Shown one piece after another: positions 14,001 through 19,761 of a stretch of DNA of 64,000 bases. Within the stretch, counting starts at the first letter, position 1. The number at the start of each line of letters is the position of its first letter. The position numbers and the translations under genes are program-made. The DNA lies in NCBI GenBank assembly GCA_040285745.1, contig JAUFOR010000008.1:558001-622000 (forward strand), given 5' to 3'. The notes under the pieces were generated by a model. The model was not told the DNA's origin. It made no database searches and worked only from the letters and a program-made list of their open reading frames with translations. This DNA comes from Barthelona sp. PCE. Lineage: Eukaryota.

Positions 14001-14807
14001 CATCTTGATCGTAAACTTTCGATTTTCATTATCATAATACTCAACAGAACATTCCTTCCAGTACCATTTATCACCATCGAAATAACGTGCAAAGGCGGTT
14101 GTACGTAACCCTTGAAACGCTTTCTTCTCATTAGGCCCAATGATAAACTTACTGTGTTCATAAAAAAAGTCTAGCGGAATATGAATGCCCTGGAACTTTG
14201 GCAATCTTTCTTGCAACTCTTCTCGTATGAAATCATACCGGTTCGAATGCAGTTCTCTTGCTGTCTGGACCAGGCTGTCTGTGTTTGTCCTCGGTGTGAA
14301 GTCTTCCTTCGTGAAAGTATCCAAACCAGCTCGAGCTGTAGCACTGAGTCGTTGAAGCTCATGTGCTGTATGACTTGATAATAAGGGTACAGGGGGGTCG
14401 ACCACAGCTCCACTGATATTGCTTGTTTGATTTAAATAAACGTTTCCGTCTGAATAGTTCTGGTCCATCTGTCGAGGTTCATTAATCAGTTTTGACCGAA
14501 ATGTTCGATCCTGATAAGTGCGTGCTGGCCTCTTTTGTGGTAAACGTAGGGGAGGTACAGGTGCTTCAAACTTTTCTAATGTCTTTGCTGGCAAATCGGG
14601 GTGCAACATGGGGGGTGGAGTTTCACGACTGAGAAAACTCTTAATGTTTGTTCCTTGTGCCATCCTTCCGGTTGCTAAAAACTCATTACGAGCCACTTTT
14701 TGCTCTGCAAAGGCTAATTGTCGATCAAGATACTGCTTTCGTCTAACAAAGCTCGATGGAGGCCTTGTTGGCAAGCCTATTTCCAAATCCTTGGATTTCT
14801 TTGACAT
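2088..14807 (-). CDS. Highly divergent axonemal (inner-arm, DNAH1-like N-terminus) dynein heavy chain-like protein, probably ATPase-dead at AAA1
   Basis: About 4240 aa; linker motif LRCPVLRTRHW; P-loops GDSGSGKST (AAA2) and GPVGIGKT (AAA3); LVFHESCRIFSDAL; stalk coiled coils flanking an MTBD-like PPPRIIIVARVIVAIL...SRVSTSWSQVARFI; LEEEILDVLS; C-terminal VPKSW. First ATG at 14807. Confidence 0.85.
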   Translation of the reverse strand: MSKKSKDLEIGLPTRPPSSFVRRKQYLDRQLAFAEQKVARNEFLATGRMAQGTNIKSFLSRETPPPMLHPDLPAKTLEKFEAPVPPLRLPQKRPARTYQDRTFRSKLINEPRQMDQNYSDGNVYLNQTSNISGAVVDPPVPLLSSHTAHELQRLSATARAGLDTFTKEDFTPRTNTDSLVQTARELHSNRYDFIREELQERLPKFQGIHIPLDFFYEHSKFIIGPNEKKAFQGLRTTAFARYFDGDKWYWKECSVEYYDNENRKFTIKMDEFTKKVSRFSLLFDGQSNEELNVIKEELEKIRDEIEQDYIKGQYLSHLHLKHPIDIPQKFLMSLADRIGILPEDVLDHGINECFSVALHRNALFKPNEIVQSPDYIVFSDFEKVSNRINSSFYFKTVAHQRFFKKLFNTCENIKNSLIFDFRQQLPFDLWLGLQYRKLIELSKYLRDVWTKELVDVLPLCYNEEWAKPEELAPKSERERFYQLVRFIRMEAITVLYAALVDHLIGLLRSSPLFVLEVLFDNKSPSGFSISPSVSEIDHKFKQFLDDIYQSLSFINGIMPTHDLLVFEQNNETQEVFEIVERAVAEVEEMMVEPTKDYSELFLAYHKIDIFKITSDVLKDVSRFSAKNIDALDLSFFVSHDQDPIKRVFSVSVSNFKALVSEASDKVVSSLVQHEVTHCYGIFCQLKDKFTEADEYIAMEPKDPQELQKRAMFIDNALSDLPQQYSFLCETFEVFLQLELFKSIKDEYWKLFFELFAWPKRIEQSNRSRISHIRQLRENFNTQLQEWRKDFDDQFLALQAKINDIVVVYHQDSLDDNKRELSILRPLKEEYDELFEFSQRITKNEGLLKRRATDFSRLFDLPSEFIPLVNLFEIGVNWQLNYFDWNFSSFLTLNIDDITNKIDGYLDQLGELRNEVFFANSKNLGHSRMLDKLKSDILNFNQLAPVIRYLRCPVLRTRHWISIDDIFDKDIRSFLSGSLSSILDQVNIVEELDAVGKIVNRAKRENLIQTVIDQCKFTLESLLWEFEVDNTSQTMIFSEKSFKKLRDVLHHSFEQLEQFSDTHLDDPMILIKFCSWLNVLHIVCITLQKFQTLFIGIKSIAQAFPKQVATKQFHMMYRKLADSFHKYVKEKYLEKKIVLVVASSNWRQSTSYLLNTARELTPKFIHFLDEQTLNLSVNLFLNRVSLLSYIDRLLLYGFKDMHSSAFTNKMLMLYPYLAHLQFISETANDRIYVRISTKMGETFLVPFPECSIFEFPIKIQDSLSEKIRYFTCKACADFNYEKNIIDWFCSFPQQAIIVAIFCTFTRDLDYLLHDFTKLNNIKKRYMAAYSKLYDEVQNSSLHLLKKANEMVHDDVSVIDNENRLRHVASSVLIVLEYCVGVLAKFISLDDFGSRINYYNQVIKLRLLTPTIPKELPDWDVRAAIEPPAFILPALPQFREKEVGALVIEHSTLSIKIQPNYSSNFSFLPLTHERTSLIRGLVLAFAQRCPIQVSDVFSLIPMLGLFRCFIGINLRMFVCRPNTTFKEIFDAIYCSALSGSIVSFSGVRSLSSSCVLEFNSLLHDIDVAIRGGKETVVYDNTVIPLHTPFLVLLCADTRLTFSSGVNVAASPLKEDDFVAIFRSYGSPNHKIIGSRLYALSTIAVTIVKPDLRIYPYHRIIHCALHTAVERSVQFGCEDLTNYEFSTILTHFRNQILYKLPKESHSFLIRLAQSFFNKVRPKNFVRDTMEVAIRNVMALDTTLSTEIAQGIRNIHQLFQEQHICMLLGDSGSGKSTLVDAYVQFCSKYHALKNNIEADEICITKYMRINGDGFADDLHSFISNIVVDDPDKMYILAIEGDVMKSWFSPFLQLVTDPLLFVNSKMSHKNAIKVLPSNFKIIIEVADHLKLTPRLISAIPTLHVACSPSIPRYIEKKAKLLNIDEIYQTHISTVLSSMLPSLLELSTHGSISLAPINSVFALISSFLTHIKQFIASRPDLETEFGNRQALNNIDHAIVFSTIWGLGSALSSRDRDRLATQTKSAILRKRPHFKIKIPFGQSLYDLFLDVSNSDPVWMEFSEVSASSLIGHDSTHQLYPTLKVLRTANLVQLLTNAGMSMLIDGPVGIGKTIIAKRTLNEMKKKNDRFDSHHIGVFKNITVDDIRSNFFKPLMRRGSSRYGAKYGSQVAYLISRVRDTRNISTIENMLSFLVDGMCIVDNEFVTLNNTSLVLTASNAYGSDMIGNRLRNRVFHLSCDDYPVEQYHEIIMKLFENSSIADFFGRMIDTYAGSIANLFVELRNKIPSSSGYLGMSLNFTHLGHMVEAICKIPIKRISGIVDFVKLVFHESCRIFSDALLPEDKSIVKKAFSQSFMVDFDVLASDVVPNSLSEQTFFSPLVEIDDARCYFKCEDPTRHVIKAFEENKCDVSPAIQAGYGSRHILPIIRLLTLKNSHIIIANGHCFKLAHTVLEQASLLLGHKYHNLSSLAFDEFTASCVELIFDLVFEQTHRKATILLPHINTEISMFIQALISPGYDHVLIKFFDPVAILRRCASVFNVEQDLPIAINRFRKHIRENIHFVFIQFDQSSFLKAFDHCSSVLTNFQRVIFEEPSVFDIEEYVRVWLCKLLGEDVYDDVTIPDNLVKKFRIESNIDDDTLLSTIAELLVKIAKNSQYAITNTSIERFVLNLVNHFVKLSGSEHKRISKLTRAKTVLEEIEDLAGSSDNDRQRLESGIESGSLRVSSLNSRYKVLAGEVEKLAKMIQSDSDDIALRYSETSKVNTDIAAQVKYHKGEYDEALDTLRELNGIELLDSIGEVEIPPPRIIIVARVIVAILREDIDGEDQQFWDTFKTHHLEKFDSVKQQLLAIHIDDLDENFVQRMTPVIDHVDCTVTSISRVSTSWSQVARFIHCLNGYLNAYIMSVEEQGRINTIEAEKDAELKALSEKKVELEGKRKELKDVRDNYAQATKHVETLENKLQTLDTLSRQVSELSQILLAESARWHLYLKQANTSYTNAFVDSLAMALFGEILSVGSDESLNFEVLEVFKSIMKRYNMKFTRTTLATTLIRLQNERSGAYRLITQRHSTYLINRIEFLKQFTGLTAINSSNQECSYVMNECFDDYHTFEFNSNLFDELITVISSPTVVVIHNMPCTDLHLQDKAMLRTFQTLSRLFTAFADLKHNELTETLAKCLDTDGVPQLEIDDSAGTIYQISTPGGEIEIHSMCCIFIVLDETVSFNVNTLADIDLFFSPNHRINLFPDFNELSMKLDSIYFEKLNDPSIGNYRNLIQQLYEQSLEEQRLEEEILDVLSLEDVSVDKLAHPDVLDQLRTLKISYAELKSQLTKFESAFESALAQRQSIMEIGPCLLHIIQKTSSVCNMNFNPAKIVILFDEACNKIKKEVVSQLKNPKDGRRSSVFALKSVKHDMSSLMAQMNGLGNEDASNDPALDFVAIRRKVALTFTKKFLKNGVLPLLPEQDRLSTCLSIALIIAYHTQIVGKEVLYSLLRFLNIEFEFDFCLPNVMERSILCESFIPWHANDFNKAPLDHSSDDEEGPSNAVITDVPDQNLPSFINTEAFYAFVDIINAGADSSYVTIFRSLINKTQHGMWQEWYEHGMYLKLELPSELGLSLKPFDRLIIIQTLVKDCGVSVLVHFIHQLFGIRPFSISKPSTNGYVTLRIGPWPEHDIRPHCRFIKIDRHPVYVVSHEKRQALHNCLTSNASVTILTNPTIGVSVLHLLHHYHQCGKLNADVVVCSSSIPNIAVTLRCNINVYHHQNVHYIEQALTQHIITYRNLIDKAFDNTQLELLHRQFVYACLMIDAYFRTLKTYNPVFRFTLPPSALRHGVFQVSRYISLRDISDIAVETAAALFIEPYVLCNPDFAKFFSDKTIKFFTLLNNPQSVTSLTQSPFKSAVKKHFSSPSGMLTLVDLENLCCCLELSFEYTSYVIAKSKKMYQSTWGAVGVNRLIASPSDASLFSANVTVPVASQLDYIKKYTIDRLEDMLQEIPTFELSRDKLEKLDVLQPAIRYVIGMHSQLRKGISIIELDITLLIDCLKTHTVPLGIAREKLRRIMQDYVPKSWTKKLPFGVISITKFFSMMRSYVSFMQSILGTNLLLDSKQIPVKGILHPNYVKNVIEVQFAYTLERSIDEFVIIASIDPECPDAETHDVYHPVFYGCTCNAAHMNAQGFLVPSQPNEYYSSLPPLYTFPVLRENLNENYVPITFHYGLAYEHRFELFVKASPGFFANNHVPIFIDVAPNRLYDKIQENI

Positions 14808-15015
14808 TTGCACCACAAATGTCGAATAAAAATTGTGAAGAAATGGTGAAAAGGGAAAAACACCTTATGTTTACAGTTTTGGTGGATCTAAAGTATTAAA
14901 GTACACGTCTTATGCTGGTGTAATATCATACATGAGACATAAGTGCAACATGCTTTGTTGAACACATATTTTTTCCCATAAAACGCAATTTATCCTTTTT
15001 CAGATTTGTTAGCAG

Positions 15016-15450
15016 ATGGTTCGTTTTACTCAGATTGATCCCAACACAGGACTTAGCCCCATTGCACACCCTCTTGCCGCAGCGGAATCTAAGAACGCTA
15101 AACTCACATATAAGGTTACTAAGTACTCAGCTCAAGGTAAATTCTGCATCAGAGGCCTCAAGGCTGTCACAAGGGCTATCAAGAGAAGATCTCATCAAGG
15201 CCTTGTTGTTATTGCTGGTAACATTGCTCCTATGGACGTAATCACACACTTGCCTGCACTCTGTCGCAGCTACAACATCCCTTTCGTCTTTGTCCCTAGC
15301 AAGGAAGATCTCGCCAAGTACTCCAAGGTGAGAAACAGTGTATCAGTTGTTTTCATTCCCACTTTCAATGAGGATTACTTAGAAGGTAAGCCAGCCAAGC
15401 GTTTCAACAAGCTTCTGAAGGCCATTAACGACAACACTATTGAGTCATAA
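15016..15450 (+). CDS. NHP2: H/ACA snoRNP subunit NHP2 (L7Ae family)
   Basis: SPIAHPLA...RGLKAVTRAI...GLVVIAGNIAPMDVITHLPALC...IPFVFVPSKEDL matches the NHP2 subfamily. Confidence 0.85.
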   Translation: MVRFTQIDPNTGLSPIAHPLAAAESKNAKLTYKVTKYSAQGKFCIRGLKAVTRAIKRRSHQGLVVIAGNIAPMDVITHLPALCRSYNIPFVFVPSKEDLAKYSKVRNSVSVVFIPTFNEDYLEGKPAKRFNKLLKAINDNTIES

Positions 15451-15688
15451 AGAACCGAAATAAAAAAACCTATGTTTTATTATTCCGTTAATTTTATTGT
15501 TGCTATGGTAAAATGAATCACATAAAAAGCAAATTTTACAGCAGTAAACTACAAAAACAGTTACACTTCGGAGGTTGTTTCAAACAGGTAAACGTACACT
15601 TCATTTTGTACATTTTTTATAAGTAAAAATATCCAATTGGTTGCTATCAATGCTGGAAAACCCGACAAAAAAGTGAAGAAACAAGTCA

Positions 15689-16780
15689 ATGAGAAATTTT
15701 GCTTGTTTTTGCTTTTTGTTCCTATTTGTCCAAATGAAAAGTGGTATAGAAAGAATTGGATATTTTTTAATCACATTTCTGGTGAGTTTGATAGCTTTAG
15801 GCCTTGAAAATATGGGTAATGGAATTACTACCTCATATTTTTCCAGATTTTTCGGTGTTTATGCCGTTTACAGATTGACAATGGCTCTGTTTATATTCTA
15901 TAGTCTGTTGGCGATCTTTGTCTCATGTTCTGATGAAGAGACTTCAAAAGAACTTCAAAAAGGTTTTTTTAAAATGAAGATTCTCATAATATTGGTACTT
16001 ATCATCATCTTTGCGTTCATTCCCAATGGATTCTTTGATGGTTTCTCAAAATTTGCTATTTTTTCTAGTGTTTTCTTTTTATTACTTTCAATTATTTATT
16101 TCATTGATTTTGGTTACTCGTGGAACGAAAACTGGGTCTCCCGTGGTGAAGATAAGTATCTAGTTGCTGTTGTGGTTTGTGCAGTTATTATGTATGTTGG
16201 TGGTATCATAGGCATTGTATACCTTTGGAATAAGTACTCTTGCTCTCTTAACATCGTCCAGTTCATCGTTGTAATCATCCTTGCTGCCATTTCATTATTT
16301 TTGACACTTGTTGCCGAACATGGTGCTATTCTACCTGCGGCTGTTGTATTCATCTATCATGTCTCTCTTCTGTACGGAGCCATGGCCAACTACACCGATG
16401 CCACGTGTAACCCTAACTTTGGCAAATCTGAATTCGCAAGTGAGATTGTTTCAGCTCTTTGGGCTCTTCTTGCTTTGTCTTACACAAGTGTCTCTGTCAG
16501 TTCCTCCTCTAGTAAGGACATCAACCTTGGTGGTGAAGAAGAGGACGAAGAAGTTACTTACAATTATCTCGTTTTCAACCTTACCATGGCACTTGCTGCT
16601 TGTTATATTCCAATGTTATTCACTGATTGGACCCAAAAGAACAGCGCAACACTGTCTATATCAGCTGGTTCTGTTTCTTACTGGGTTAAAATTGTAATGG
16701 GTATCATCACTGCTTTAGGTTTCTTGTGGACTATCATTGGTCCTGTTTTATTCCCTAATATGGACTTTGACTATGTATAG
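15689..16780 (+). CDS. Serine incorporator (Serinc/TMS1) multi-pass membrane protein
   Basis: About 10 hydrophobic segments; AVYR, IDFGYSWNENW, YNYLVFNLTMALAACYIPMLFTDW, SYWVKI, LWTIIGPVLFPN. Start could be 15734. Confidence 0.85.
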   Translation: MRNFACFCFLFLFVQMKSGIERIGYFLITFLVSLIALGLENMGNGITTSYFSRFFGVYAVYRLTMALFIFYSLLAIFVSCSDEETSKELQKGFFKMKILIILVLIIIFAFIPNGFFDGFSKFAIFSSVFFLLLSIIYFIDFGYSWNENWVSRGEDKYLVAVVVCAVIMYVGGIIGIVYLWNKYSCSLNIVQFIVVIILAAISLFLTLVAEHGAILPAAVVFIYHVSLLYGAMANYTDATCNPNFGKSEFASEIVSALWALLALSYTSVSVSSSSSKDINLGGEEEDEEVTYNYLVFNLTMALAACYIPMLFTDWTQKNSATLSISAGSVSYWVKIVMGIITALGFLWTIIGPVLFPNMDFDYV

Positions 16781-16864
16781 AAACAGGTGTACTAATATAT
16801 TGTAAATAGATAATCCAATTGTAAGCCATTCCACAAATTTTCTCGTTAAAGGTTTTTTCCACTT

Positions 16865-17779
16865 ATGCTTAAATTCGAACAACCCTTTGAAGGGAATTTC
16901 GGAGAACTTAATTGGTTAAGCGACCATTCTAACGTTTCTAGTGCTGCTTCGCAAAATAGTTTACATTTTTCCGTTTCAGAGACAGATATTAATGAATTTG
17001 ACTTGGGAAGCCTCCCCTGGATGATGAGCACACCAGTTGCCCTTGATGAAGTACATGAAAATGCAGTTCCTATGTTTTCTGAGGAAATTTCTTCCACTAT
17101 TATTCAAGGAACTTATGATGCGCCCCTGGAGCACCCACCGGTAGCTCTGTCAATCCCATTCAGATTTCCTGAAGAGTTTAAACTGTTTGTTATCAAAAGT
17201 TTTTCTGAGGATGACGTGTTCAAGTCTATCAGATATGGAGTGTGGACATCAACGCTGCGTGGTAACCAAAGACTCAATGAAGCGTTTGAAACATCTAAAG
17301 TACCAATATATCTATTGTTTAGCGTAAATCGTTCCAAAACTTTTTGTGGTTTTGCCCAATTGGTTTCTGGTGTGATAGACCGCAATTTGCCCATCTGGGA
17401 TAGTTCTAAATTCACTTCTTTTTTTAATGTGAAATGGTTATATTTGTTAGATGTACCAAACACTTTATTTGAAGGTGTTTCAGTGGAGAGTAATGATAAT
17501 TTACCGTTCTTCCGTTCGCGTGACACTCAAGATCTCAATCAAGATGAAGGAAATCAAATTATTACACGTTATTTAGGTTATGGTGCAACTAATAAGAATC
17601 CTACCAATATCTTGATGGATTGGAATTTTTATTTAAATCGTGAAGAATCTTTTATGAAAACTAAATGTAATTCTCAAATTTCTATAAGAGGTCAACGTTT
17701 TGGTACAAATAGTTTTGTACTTGATAATACTCAACCTAATAATAGAAAGAGTAGAAAACGTTTTGGTTATGGTAAGTAG
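16865..17779 (+). CDS. YTH-domain m6A reader (YTHDF-like)
   Basis: FVIKSFSEDDVFKSIRYGVWTST.RGNQRLNEAF...YLLFSVNRS..FCGFAQL...IW...F.VKW...DVPN...SRDTQ. Confidence 0.92.
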   Translation: MLKFEQPFEGNFGELNWLSDHSNVSSAASQNSLHFSVSETDINEFDLGSLPWMMSTPVALDEVHENAVPMFSEEISSTIIQGTYDAPLEHPPVALSIPFRFPEEFKLFVIKSFSEDDVFKSIRYGVWTSTLRGNQRLNEAFETSKVPIYLLFSVNRSKTFCGFAQLVSGVIDRNLPIWDSSKFTSFFNVKWLYLLDVPNTLFEGVSVESNDNLPFFRSRDTQDLNQDEGNQIITRYLGYGATNKNPTNILMDWNFYLNREESFMKTKCNSQISIRGQRFGTNSFVLDNTQPNNRKSRKRFGYGK

Positions 17780-17790
17780 ATTTCTTTCTT

Positions 17791-17814
17791 TCATTCATTC
17801 ATTCATTCATTCAT
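17791..17814 (+). repeat. (TCAT)6 microsatellite just after the YTH stop codon
   Basis: tcattcattcattcattcattcat read directly. Confidence 0.9.
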
Positions 17815-18007
17815 TAGTTATATAGATTAATTCAAATAGTTTATTTACTGCTTTCACTCGACATTTTGTCTTTACTTTTTAGTATAGCTCTGTGCAATTC
17901 CTTATTCTTCATTTATCCAAGCACAAATAAATTGTTTAATTAATTTTGGAAGTGTTAAAATTGTTTTTGTTTTATAACTTATTTAGGGGTCAAAAATAGT
18001 GAATATT

Positions 18008-18325
18008 ATGAATCGTGCAAGTCTTCCACTCATGTTACTTTTCGAAACAGAGGGTTTTGAGGTTTTTATTGAGCTTAACAACAATGAATCTTATAGAGGT
18101 GTTGTAGCTCGTGTGCAAGATAATATGAATGTTGTTTTGAAGGATCCCGTGCATACACTCATTGATGGATCTAAAGAACAGTTAAAATCAGTGTTTATTA
18201 GAGGAAGTCAGATTAAATTCATCAGTATACCTGAAATGTTAGTTAATTCACCTGTATTCCAGATGAACAATAACCAGAGACTTGGTATCAGAAGACATAT
18301 TCAACCTATTAAAAAGAATCGGTGA
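18008..18325 (+). CDS. SNRPD3: Small nuclear ribonucleoprotein Sm D3
   Basis: PLMLLFETEG..V.IEL...ESYRG.....QDNMN...VFIRGSQIKFISIPEML.NSPVF; first ATG at 18008. Confidence 0.85.
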   Translation: MNRASLPLMLLFETEGFEVFIELNNNESYRGVVARVQDNMNVVLKDPVHTLIDGSKEQLKSVFIRGSQIKFISIPEMLVNSPVFQMNNNQRLGIRRHIQPIKKNR

Positions 18326-18439
18326 TTATTAAACAAAAAAACACTTTCCATTTTACTTACTGGATTTAAAGAATATTGAACCATAGAAAAACATACATGA
18401 GTCCAAGTATTCAAGATTGAATGATACTAAATAAAGCAA

Positions 18440-18823
18440 TTAACACATCTTAAAACGGGTTTCGAAATCTTGTCGAACTTCAACTTGATGGGGCTGTTCC
18501 ACCTTTGTTGTATCAGAAAATTGAAGCTGAAGATCGTTACCTTGGAGAAACTCTAGACCTAAATTCACCTGTTGATGATTAATATTAGTTTTAGTATTAC
18601 CACCAAACATTTCTTCCTCTAATTCGTACATCTTTGCATATCCAATACCAAAATGTGACTGAAGCATCTTTTTCTTGGTATCTGTGTGTAGTTGTGCCAT
18701 ATGAGAAAGCTCTCTTTGAACATTGGTAACATCAGTATTAAAGTTGATCGTCTGTAAAGGATGATCAAGAGTTTGTTTGGCTACCAATGGAATATTCTGG
18801 TGTACTTCAACGTTTGAGTTCAT
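18440..18823 (-). CDS. UMP1: Proteasome maturation factor UMP1/POMP
   Basis: HPLQ...MLQSHFGIG.A..YELE...NLGLEFLQGND..LQFSD resembles the UMP1 consensus; size fits. Confidence 0.7.
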   Translation of the reverse strand: MNSNVEVHQNIPLVAKQTLDHPLQTINFNTDVTNVQRELSHMAQLHTDTKKKMLQSHFGIGYAKMYELEEEMFGGNTKTNINHQQVNLGLEFLQGNDLQLQFSDTTKVEQPHQVEVRQDFETRFKMC

Positions 18824-19003
18824 CAAAAGAACTAGAATGTATGTGTAAAAGTTGAAAACGAAAAAACATCTTGTTTCTGTAGATAGGTATTATAAAGCAC
18901 ATACAATGGGGCATATATATCATCTTACGGCAGCGAAGGCCGAAGAAGTAAAGTAAAATGCAGCCAAATAGCTTCTTTCACATCTTCACTTTTATTCATT
19001 CAA

Positions 19004-19554
19004 ATGGTATTTTTCTCACACTTTTTTTATAAGAAACGCATCTACGCGGCGCAGTCGTGCTCGTTAGTGTGACAATCTTACTGAAAAGTTGTACTTTTGT
19101 AGATATTTCTAATTCTTAGGTTAGCCGCAAGTCCAAAACTCGTAAGTTAAGAGGTCACGTTTCCGCTGGTCGTGGTCGTATCGGAAAGGGCCGTAACGAT
19201 GGCGCTAATGGTAAGGCTGGTGGTCTTACATTCCTTAGAAACCACTTCGACAGATATCACCCTGGTTTCTTCGGTAAGATCGGTATCCCCGTCTATCACC
19301 GCAACAAGAATCACACTTTCTGCCCCGTCTTGAACCTTGAGAAGCTTATGTCTGTTCTCTCTGTTGAACAACGTACTGAGATTCAGAAGTCTGAAAAGAT
19401 CCCCGTCATTGACATCACCAAGGCTGGTTACTACAAGCTCCTTGGCAAGGGTCTTGCCCCCACTCGCCCTGTCATTGTTCGTGCTCGTTTCGTTTCTGCC
19501 GTTGCTGAAAAGAAGATCGTCGCTGCTGGCGGTGCCGTTGAGCTCATTGCTTAA
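19004..19554 (+). CDS. RPL27A: 60S ribosomal protein L27a (uL15); exon 1 is the ATG only, intron 19007-19119
   Basis: Spliced product MVSRKSKTRKLRGHVSAGRGRIGK...FDRYHPGFFGK...FCPVLNLEKL...GYYKLLGKG...AEKKIVAAGGAVELIA. Confidence 0.95.
19007..19119 (+). other. Spliceosomal intron, 113 nt, strongly structured
   Basis: GTATTT donor directly after ATG; CTAATTCTTAG acceptor; joins ATG in frame to GTT AGC CGC AAG. Confidence 0.9.
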
Positions 19555-19761
19555 TTTAAATTCCGTTTATTTGTTACAGTTTGAGTAAATTGAATGAAGT
19601 TTTTATTTTATCACTTCCCAAATATTCTTGTTCTGTAATGGGATGCAAACACCTGTAATAAAGCGTATTATCCTTCAAATAAGTGCCCTATGTTAAAGTA
19701 CTACAAGAAATTCTTCCTTTTCCTTTATTTACTTTCTCTTATCTTTATTGATTATTCCAGG

